64,000 nucleotides of DNA from Monocercomonoides exilis PA203 (lineage: Eukaryota; Protista; Preaxostyla): NCBI GenBank assembly GCA_001643675.2, contig LSRY02000045.1, positions 248,001 to 312,000 of the forward strand. The letters are read 5' to 3'. How positions within the stretch are numbered: the stretch's first letter is position 1; each line of letters begins with the position of its first letter. Shown piece after piece: positions 1 through 9,060 of this stretch. The position numbers and the translations under genes are program-made. The notes under the pieces were generated by a model that saw only the letters and a list, made by a program, of their open reading frames with translations, searched no databases and was not told the origin of the DNA.

Positions 1-375
1 TCCCCCTTCGTCTTTTTCGGCAACACATCCATTGAATGAGCTGTTTTCGATTTTGATAGAATTGATTGAAACACACAAAATTCCTCCACCATCATAATGC
101 GCATAGCAGTTGTTGAACGAACAAAACTTCACTGAAAGTGTTCCTGATGATAGACTATACATATTAATGGCCCCTCCATTCGAAGCCTTATCTGAATAAT
201 CATAATTTGTCCCAGTTGTATTTGAGCCATTCCACTCGCACCAAGTGAATGAATTTGCCCCATTTTCTGTAATCTGCTGTCTCGTTGGCTTCGACGGATT
301 CCCTTCACTTCCATTGACTGCAACATTCTCAGACCGATAGCACCTGACAAACGAGGTGTTCGAGGCAGCCAATGA
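1..375 (-). pseudogene. Inverted copy of the 5' part of the receptor-family fragment at 7828-8202 (runs off the window)
   Basis: Reverse complement of 7828-8202. Confidence 0.85.
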
Positions 376-1198
376 CTGAGATATTAGAAAAGACAAAAAG
401 ATAGCGATACAAGGGATATGAAGGACAACGGATGAATGGATCTGAAAAAATGCAAAAAGAAGAGAAATGTGTCTCACCAGCCAAAAGCGCTGCCTCCTTC
501 TTCTCTTTTTATTTTTATCATTGTTGTTGAATGAATTGTTATATTTCTCAAATTTTTATTGTTAAAATAATAAGACAGTTGATGTTATTGAAACGCATTA
601 GTGGTATTTTTTTTTTAATTCTTTTAATTCAAAGCAAATTTTGAGAGTTTCAAAAGCTAAATGCCAATGGCCAAAACGTTCTTCCACTTTTCTTGAAAGA
701 CTCGTTTTGGAATTAAAGTTTATTGTTTCTTTTTTATTTTATTTATTGAATATGAAAGTGAATGATATGATGGAGATATTTTGGATAAACAACAATTGTT
801 TTTTTGTTCTTTTTTGTTTTGCTTTTATCGAAATATTTGAAATATGCATTGGTTGAATATTTGCAGCAACTCGGAGTGAATAATTTTCATTGATTCGTTT
901 CATTTTCACTTGATATTTTTTGAAAAATGCATTTGTAAATAGGATATTATTATTATTATTTTAATATTCAATATTTCCATAAAAAGGAAATAACTTTGAA
1001 CAAATTTTGTTTTTTTTGTTTTTTATTTATTTTCGAAAAAGATAGTTATTTAAATAGCAACGGAATGTTTGTATCACTTGGCCAGAATATCGATTCTTCA
1101 AACAGTTCTATTTTTTTTCACAATATTCAAATACTCATAATTTCACAGATGAGCCTTTTCACCATTTATTATTCAGAAGAAATACAAATGAAATATTA

Positions 1199-1447
1199 GA
1201 GATATGGTATACCCGCTATGGATCCATCTCGATGAGGTCTATCAGTATTATCTATTTATGTATATCTGGTGGTTGTTATCATCTAGTGTAATAAGTTGGA
1301 TAGGCAATGATAATTAGATAGAGATCATGAGGAGATTGCTGATACTCTTAGAAGTTTCTCATGATTAGATATTCAGTGATGTTCTATAAAGATGGAGTTG
1401 TTGATAGGTGTAATCGAGATATATCCATAGCGGGTATACCATATCTC
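1199..1447 (+). other. Terminal branched hairpin (left copy)
   Basis: Perfect 25-bp stem 1199-1223/1423-1447, extended by ATCTCGAT/ATCGAGAT (1226-1233/1413-1420) and CTATCA/TGATAG. Inner arms at ~1262-1320 and 1324-1365. Confidence 0.85.
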
Positions 1448-1480
1448 CAAGAAGGAGAATTAACTAAAACATTAACCAGT

Positions 1481-1711
1481 GTGTCGAAGTTTGTAAATTA
1501 GTGGTGAATTTGTGTGAAAATTGATGTTTTCGTTGATGAAATACATGAGTTGAACATGTTTGTTATGTAATAACAGGTATATGTGTTGAATCTGTTGATG
1601 TGATCGTTGATGTTATCGTTGATGGTAATAACAGGTGTATGTGTCGAAGGTGGTAAATTAATGGTGAATTTGTGTGAAAATTGATGTTTTCGTTGATGAA
1701 ATACATGAGTT
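1481..1711 (+). repeat. ~70 bp direct repeat pair (1481-1551, 1641-1711); only one copy in the right TIR
   Basis: GTGTCGAAG..GTAAATTA.TGGTGAATTTGTGTGAAAATTGATGTTTTCGTTGATGAAATACATGAGTT occurs twice, 160 bp apart; single copy at ~6652-6722. Confidence 0.9.
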
Positions 1712-1815
1712 CGCGACGAAGTTGCTCAGGAGACTTTGTCTCCGTTGAACATGTGTCGAACGTTGGTGATATCGCAAATAAAAATAATCGATTTTGTTTT
1801 TTTGTTTTATCGTAA

Positions 1816-2058
1816 ATGGGTCGGAAGAAGATATACGCAACTGTGGAAGAAGCGAAAGAGGCTCAACAGAAACAAATTAAACAGTTTCAGGAAAAACGTA
1901 AAGAAGAAACTAAGTATTACAACGAACATGTAACTGAGAAACAGAAGAAGTTGATTAAGATATTGAGGAGAAAGGTTATCGAAAGTGATGAGCTGTTAGA
2001 TGAGTTGATGGAAAAAGTTAGTGGTCATTTGACTGCACAGGGTGGACTGGGCAGTTAA
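1816..2058 (+). CDS. 80-aa small basic/coiled-coil protein in the left TIR, putative DNA-binding
   Basis: True ATG after a T-rich tract; MGRKKIYATVEEAKEA N-terminus then a charged helical segment; intact in both TIRs. Confidence 0.65.
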   Translation: MGRKKIYATVEEAKEAQQKQIKQFQEKRKEETKYYNEHVTEKQKKLIKILRRKVIESDELLDELMEKVSGHLTAQGGLGS

Positions 2059-2194
2059 TGTGTTAATTAATGAAACATAACTAACTGAACACGTTTGTTG
2101 TATCGTTGATTGTTAAAAACAGTGTTCATGTTGATGTTATTGTTGATTGCCAACATCTATATTTTTACTTGAAAAAGTGGTAAATCGGTAAACC

Positions 2195-2701
2195 GGATAC
2201 CGGGTTGTGGCAATGTCGAGATGCTTGGGGATGGGAAATGTTGAGTTAAATCTCCGAGCTTATCACCTGCACTGGGTGCATCGGGTGCACCGGGTCAAAT
2301 ATATTCTATAAATTATGTGGGCAAACGGGCAAACTGAGCAAAGTGGGCAAAATGAACAAATTAACGAAACATAACTGGTGGTTCACGTTCGTTGTACCGT
2401 TGATGTATCGCAACGAAGTTGCTCAGGAGACTTTGTCTCCGTATCAAACAGTGTCCACAATGGCGTTAGAGTTGATTGCCAACACCTATATTTTTTTGAA
2501 CAAATGGCAGGATGGTGGATTGCCACACTGATGTTTTTCACTTGATTTGGTGTTTATTTTGGTGTAATTGGCTTGAAAATGTATCAACCCGTGTCCAGGA
2601 TACCGGGTTGTGGCAATGTCGAGATGCTTGGGGAAGGGAAATGTTGAGTTAAATCTCCGTGCTGGAAGCGTGTCCAGGTGTCCAGGTGTCCAGGTGTCCA
2701 G
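2195..2701 (+). repeat. Iteron-like repeat cluster in the inner TIR (mirrored at ~5662-6168)
   Basis: ~62 bp direct repeat GGATACCGGGTTGTGGCAATGTCGAGATGCTTGGGGA(T/A)GGGAAATGTTGAGTTAAATCTCCG at ~2195 and ~2598; GGGTGCA-like x3 at ~2275; GGGCAAA-like x5 at ~2318-2351; GTGTCCAG x4 at ~2670-2701. Confidence 0.85.
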
Positions 2702-2961
2702 GATAGTTTAAGTTCATCTGAAAAGAGCTGCCAACATGCCATTTCTGCCAACATGAGCAATTTACCCCTAATTTACCATGATTTTGAGGGTTTTTATTTG
2801 TTTTCGACAGTGTTGTTATTTTGCCACATTGCCCATGATATCGTCAGTGGCATTTTTCATGTGGTGCACACTTTTTGCATTGTTTGTATATTAATGATTT
2901 CTAAAAAAACGATGGAGTTTCGGTTAATTTCCACCGAGTTGTCCACATTATCATCTTCTCT

Positions 2962-5346
2962 TCATTTGAGGAGTTGTTCACACTCCGGCTTGAGTTCAGA
3001 ACGTTGGATTTTATTTCCTCTTCCACCAACTCGTATTCTCTTTCATCTGACTTTGAATGCAAATTGGAATAAGTGATAGTTCTTGAATTCAACTAGTCTG
3101 TAACTGAGTGCTTCGGAACATCTTCACACTTCTTTGAGTTTATTGCAATGCTCCTGACAGAACACATCGATGACATATAGTGATGATGCAATGATATCTT
3201 TTTTTGCCTCTGTTGTTGGAATCGCGCTTGTGTTGAAATTGGAGAGATCTTTGCTGAGGAAATAACAGAGAAGTTGTTCAAAGAATTCATTGTTGAAAGA
3301 GTTTGTGAAATCCTTGAAGATTGTGAGATTGTTCTTATATTTTGAGTAACAATCACAAACAACTTATCTTCTGTCACCAATCTCAACATTGACTTTGAAT
3401 AAGTGATTTGTCACAAATATGAAGTTAGCTACGTTCTCAGCTGTTCTTCTCGGCTGATTCTTCTCATTGATTCTGATTGTTGAATCTGTGATTATACTCT
3501 TCAACGCATCAAAGTTAGCTGTTCGATCATCTCCAACATTCTTCAATTCATTAAGTGCAATCAGCATTTTCCCTTCAACGATGGAGTTAAACTGTCCTGT
3601 CAGTTCTGCAATCTCTGTGACATTCGGACATGAATACCCTGCCAACAGTTCAGCAAGAACATTTGTCCAAACATTCTTTCCAATACCTTGCAAACCTTTG
3701 AGAACAAGTGATGTTTCTGCTTTTTTACCAGGATTTTGGACAATTGACGAAATCCAACAGAGGATGTATTGATAGAGTTCTTCGTTGTTGTTGGCAATTA
3801 CTTCTCGTGTGAAATCAAGGAATGGTTTGATGATTTCGTCATTTTGTTCGTTTGCCATTTGGTATTTGAACACATGGAACAGGGAGAATATTCGAGGGTT
3901 ATCTGAGAAGAACTTCACCCCATCAATCGATAGAACATGTGAGTATTGTTCGAAAGCTGTCTCAACTGTGAGAGTCTTTTTGTCATCATGCCAGAGTTTA
4001 ATTGTTTTGAACAGTTCGTACATTGCTGATTTTGTCTTGAATGTAATTGAATGACAAGAGGTGTGAATGTCAAACTTTTTCACAATGAATTCCATCCTTG
4101 CTTCCACAAACCTCAGAACTTTTGTGAGATCTTCTGCGACTTCCGACAGTGTGGAGTATTGTTTTCGACAAGCTTTATCCCTGATTTCAGAGAACGAGAA
4201 CGATGAGTTGAGATCAATTTCATGAACAGTAATCTCTCGTGGAGGTTCTTCCTTTTGCTCATTCTCTTTTCTGAGGAGTGGAATGATCACATCGTTGTAA
4301 TATGTTGGATTCCATCTCTTGACAATCTTTTGAAGAACAAATGGATGTGACTTGTTGTCTCTGTGCCTGATTCGTTTCTCTTCAAAGTGAGTGATTGCGT
4401 TTGCTGTTAGAGCAGCTGTCTCTCTGATCTGATTGAAAAGAAAATCTATTGATTGATTGTCGAAACCGTTAATGTTGACGAGAGAGTTGAGAGCTGCAAA
4501 TAACGGCATAAGAGTTAACTCAGAATCAAGTGACAAAGAACCTGTATCGTTATGTATTTCAATATCTTTGAGTCCTTTGACAAGAGCATGAGCGACAGTT
4601 GGTGACATATCAACTACACCATCTTGTGTGAAAAGATTGTGCGGTTCAGCTGCAATTGTCGCTGATGTATTCTCTGTTTTGAGGTCAATACCGAATACGT
4701 CAAGAACACTTTCGAGTGATGAAAGATCTGTGAGCTCTCTGTAATTGTTGAGGGGAATGTATTTGGTGATGATTCTCTTGCCATCTTTCATTTCTCTGTA
4801 TGAAGAGTCAGCTTGAACAACAAGCCTCTGTTTTCCATCTCCAATACCTGCAAAAATGTCGATATCGTACTCTGGACTCGTGAACACTTTGGTTTGTGAT
4901 GAACATTTGTGGGGATAACCACACAGCTCACAATAAATAAGAAGACCACCATGAGCTGTTTGCACAAGTCAGACGTTTCGGTGGAGTTTTTCGAGAATGG
5001 AATTCTTGATGGTTTTCGTTTGTTCAGCTTGATGGGATTTGTTAATGTCAACATCAACGACACAGAGATCCAGACATTTGCTGATATCGACAGCTGTTCC
5101 AGTGTGGCGTTGACCTTGCTTCTTGTCAGAGTATTTCTTGTAGTCGAACAAGTCAACAAGGTAATCTTTCATTCGTTCTCCCACCGTTATCTGTTCTATT
5201 TCTATTGAATCAAGCAGTCGTTTGATTTCGTCTTCGGTGGCTGTTTCAATTGAGCTAATCAGTTTGATTTCGTCGTCAGTGTCTGTTTCAAATGAATCAA
5301 CCAGTTGTTGGATTACGTTGTCAGTGTCTGTTTGGGGGGTTGTCAT
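2962..5346 (-). pseudogene. Fused AEP (Prim-Pol) primase / SF3 (D5/NrS-1-like) helicase with in-frame stops
   Basis: ORFs 4969..5346 and 3364..4965 are in frame across a TGA (4969-4971). Motifs: DLCVVDVD (AEP motif I), TAHGGL-L-IY (motif II, expected His is Leu), Walker A GLQGIGKN, Walker B LIALNE, LKSIITD, FIFVTN, DRR. The same frame continues past TAA 3364-3366 with plausible sequence (FFEQLLCYFLSKDLSNFNTSAIPTTEAKKDII); more TGAs at 3124, 3043, 2962. True 3' end uncertain. Confidence 0.85.
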
Positions 5347-6304
5347 TTTATAAAAATTAAAAAAACAAATTTTTTTTGAAACAGATTTATTTTTGAGACG
5401 AAATTTACAGGTAAGATGATGTTGAGGTCAGTGTCGAACATTTACGGGGAACAGTTAATTTTCACAACTGACGATACAACTTATGTGCCACCAACGAATA
5501 AATAATGTGTACAGTGGACGATGTCATGTGGCAATGTGGCAAAATGACAACATAATCGAAAATAAATAAAAACCCTCAAAATCATGGTAAATTAGGGGTA
5601 AATTGCTCATGTTGGCAGAAATGGCATGTTGGCAGCTCTTTTCAGATGAACTTAAACTATCCTGGACACCTGGACACCTGGACACCTGGACACGCTTCCA
5701 GCACGGAGATTTAACTCAACATTTCCCTTCCCCAAGCATCTCGACATTGCCACAACCCGGTATCCTGGACACGGGTTGATACATTTTCAAGCCAATTACA
5801 CCAAAATAAACACCAAATCAAGTGAAAAACATCAGTGTGGCAATCCACCATCCTGCCATTTGTTCAAAAAAATATAGGTGTTGGCAATCAACTCTAACGC
5901 CATTGTGGACACTGTTTGATACGGAGACAAAGTCTCCTGAGCAACTTCGTTGCGATACATCAACGGTACAACGAACGTGAACCACCAGTTATGTTTCGTT
6001 AATTTGTTCATTTTGCCCACTTTGCTCAGTTTGCCCGTTTGCCCACATAATTTATAGAATATATTTGACCCGGTGCACCCGATGCACCCAGTGCAGGTGA
6101 TAAGCTCGGAGATTTAACTCAACATTTCCCATCCCCAAGCATCTCGACATTGCCACAACCCGGTATCCGGTTTACCGATTTACCACTTTTTCAAGTAAAA
6201 ATATAGATGTTGGCAATCAACAATAACATCAACATGAACACTGTTTTTAACAATCAACGATACAACAAACGTGTTCAGTTAGTTATGTTTCATTAATTAA
6301 CACA

Positions 6305-6547
6305 TTAACTGCCCAGTCCACCCTGTGCAGTCAAATGACCACTAACTTTTTCCATCAACTCATCTAACAGCTCATCACTTTCGATAACCTTTCTCCTCAA
6401 TATCTTAATCAACTTCTTCTGTTTCTCAGTTACATGTTCGTTGTAATACTTAGTTTCTTCTTTACGTTTTTCCTGAAACTGTTTAATTTGTTTCTGTTGA
6501 GCCTCTTTCGCTTCTTCCACAGTTGCGTATATCTTCTTCCGACCCAT
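6305..6547 (-). CDS. Second identical copy of the 80-aa protein in the right TIR
   Basis: Identical translation to 1816..2058. Confidence 0.65.
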   Translation of the reverse strand: MGRKKIYATVEEAKEAQQKQIKQFQEKRKEETKYYNEHVTEKQKKLIKILRRKVIESDELLDELMEKVSGHLTAQGGLGS

Positions 6548-6755
6548 TTACGATAAAACAAAAAAACAAAATCGATTATTTTTATTTGCGATATCACCAA
6601 CGTTCGACACATGTTCAACGGAGACAAAGTCTCCTGAGCAACTTCGTCGCGAACTCATGTATTTCATCAACGAAAACATCAATTTTCACACAAATTCACC
6701 ACTAATTTACCAACTTCGACACACTGGTTAATGTTTTAGTTAATTCTCCTTCTTG

Positions 6756-7004
6756 GAGATATGGTATACCCGCTATGGATATATCTCGATTACACCTATC
6801 AACAACTCCATCTTTATAGAACATCACTGAATATCTAATCATGAGAAACTTCTAAGAGTATCAGCAATCTCCTCATGATCTCTATCTAATTATCATTGCC
6901 TATCCAACTTATTACACTAGATGATAACAACCACCAGATATACATAAATAGATAATACTGATAGACCTCATCGAGATGGATCCATAGCGGGTATACCATA
7001 TCTC
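6756..7004 (-). other. Terminal branched hairpin (right copy)
   Basis: Reverse complement of 1199-1447. Confidence 0.85.
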
Positions 7005-7827
7005 TAATATTTCATTTGTATTTCTTCTGAATAATAAATGGTGAAAAGGCTCATCTGTGAAATTATGAGTATTTGAATATTGTGAAAAAAAATAGAACTG
7101 TTTGAAGAATCGATATTCTGGCCAAGTGATACAAACATTCCGTTGCTATTTAAATAACTATCTTTTTCGAAAATAAATAAAAAACAAAAAAAACAAAATT
7201 TGTTCAAAGTTATTTCCTTTTTATGGAAATATTGAATATTAAAATAATAATAATAATATCCTATTTACAAATGCATTTTTCAAAAAATATCAAGTGAAAA
7301 TGAAACGAATCAATGAAAATTATTCACTCCGAGTTGCTGCAAATATTCAACCAATGCATATTTCAAATATTTCGATAAAAGCAAAACAAAAAAGAACAAA
7401 AAAACAATTGTTGTTTATCCAAAATATCTCCATCATATCATTCACTTTCATATTCAATAAATAAAATAAAAAAGAAACAATAAACTTTAATTCCAAAACG
7501 AGTCTTTCAAGAAAAGTGGAAGAACGTTTTGGCCATTGGCATTTAGCTTTTGAAACTCTCAAAATTTGCTTTGAATTAAAAGAATTAAAAAAAAAATACC
7601 ACTAATGCGTTTCAATAACATCAACTGTCTTATTATTTTAACAATAAAAATTTGAGAAATATAACAATTCATTCAACAACAATGATAAAAATAAAAAGAG
7701 AAGAAGGAGGCAGCGCTTTTGGCTGGTGAGACACATTTCTCTTCTTTTTGCATTTTTTCAGATCCATTCATCCGTTGTCCTTCATATCCCTTGTATCGCT
7801 ATCTTTTTGTCTTTTCTAATATCTCAG

Positions 7828-9060
7828 TCATTGGCTGCCTCGAACACCTCGTTTGTCAGGTGCTATCGGTCTGAGAATGTTGCAGTCAATGGAAGTGAAG
7901 GGAATCCGTCGAAGCCAACGAGACAGCAGATTACAGAAAATGGGGCAAATTCATTCACTTGGTGCGAGTGGAATGGCTCAAATACAACTGGGACAAATTA
8001 TGATTATTCAGATAAGGCTTCGAATGGAGGGGCCATTAATATGTATAGTCTATCATCAGGAACACTTTCAGTGAAGTTTTGTTCGTTCAACAACTGCTAT
8101 GCGCATTATGATGGTGGAGGAATTTTGTGTGTTTCAATCAATTCTATCAAAATCGAAAACAGCTCATTCAATGGATGTGTTGCCGAAAAAGACGAAGGGG
8201 GAGGAATTATGGCTTATTCGATAACCTCGTGCGTTAGGATCAGTGGGTGCGAATTCCAGAAATGTTCTGCTTATGGCTGGGGAGGAGGACTTTATTTTTC
8301 AACTTTTCAGGTTTCTGGATCTTCCTGCATTGGAACGGAAAGCAGCAATGGAGAGAGCGCTTGTGTGTTTGAGTGCTCATTCACTTCGTGCTCGCTCACA
8401 AGTTATAATGGCGGAGGGATGTATTGCTCATATGTTCCATCTGCATTCAAAATGAGGGGCCTCCAGTTTATTTCGTGCAGTGCATTATCATATGGCGGAG
8501 GATTGGATTTCAGGCCAGTTCAATCAACACCTCCAAGCAACAACCTTTATTGCTATTTCTTCTTCTTCCACGATTGCAGTTGCAACGCTTCCACTCCATA
8601 TGGCCACGATGTGTATTTTCAAGATTATTACAATCTTTTTTCATCGGCTAACCCGTTCTTTGAATCATATACAACGAATAGCAATGATTATAGAGTGTGC
8701 CATAGATATTATAATGGAAGCAGTTGGACATATCTGCATACAGAAAAGAAGGATTGGTTGAAGGAAGGGATGAAGGATCGGTATGTTGGGGTGAGTGGAG
8801 ATGACACAAATAATCTGTGTGGGATGAGTGAGGCAGCACCTTGCAAGACAGTGGGGCATGCAGTGGGGTCGAGCATGGCGCAGCTGAGCTCGACAATCAC
8901 GTTGCTGGATGGGAAGCATGTGAGTGAAGGGGCGACAATCATTGTTGGGGAAAAGGAGATTTCTGTTGTTGGGAGAGGGAAGACAGTGAGTGTGATTGGG
9001 ACAAATTCTCTTTCTTCAATTTCAACGATGCTGTTCAGTGTGGCAAGTGGACAGTTGGAG
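7828..9060 (+). pseudogene. Truncated internal fragment of the Cys/Gly-rich beta-solenoid receptor family (variable domain)
   Basis: Within ORF 7726..9087. Homology to the 48081 gene starts abruptly at SLAASNTSFV and ends at SGQLE; unrelated sequence on both sides. Confidence 0.8.

Larger units (their letters stand above)
1199..7004. mobile_element. Primase-helicase-encoding linear-replicon-like element with long TIRs and hairpin termini (virus/Polinton-like or linear-plasmid relic)
   Basis: Both ends start with the GAGATATGGTATACCCGCTATGGAT hairpin module. TIRs 1199-~2845 and ~5517-7004 match closely to 2799/5564, then decay. The core carries an AEP + SF3 helicase gene. Outer boundary inferred from the hairpin start and a composition shift. 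Confidence 0.75.
1..8202. repeat. Giant inverted duplication: arms 1-~2845 and ~5517-8202 around a ~2.7 kb unique core; probably continues left of the window
   Basis: Position 1 pairs with 8202. Mirrored identical ORFs: 129..350/7853..8074 and 996..1199/7004..7207 (sum 8203); 1816..2058/6305..6547 and 2343..2531/5832..6020 (sum 8363, after a 160 bp indel). Confidence 0.95.

Noticed and set aside
2343-2531. 62-aa ORF duplicated in both TIRs
   Set aside because: GTG start, built from the repeat patchwork, no protein-like features.
1481-2701. CRISPR-like array
   Set aside because: Repeats occur as pairs or spacerless tandems with no regular repeat-spacer period; eukaryotic context and no cas genes.
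3364-4971. Alternative genetic code (TAA=Gln or TGA=Trp) explaining the stops in the primase-helicase
   Set aside because: Both TAA and TGA occur, at positions where Tyr/Phe and probably Gly are expected, and multi-kb host ORFs have no in-frame TAA/TAG.
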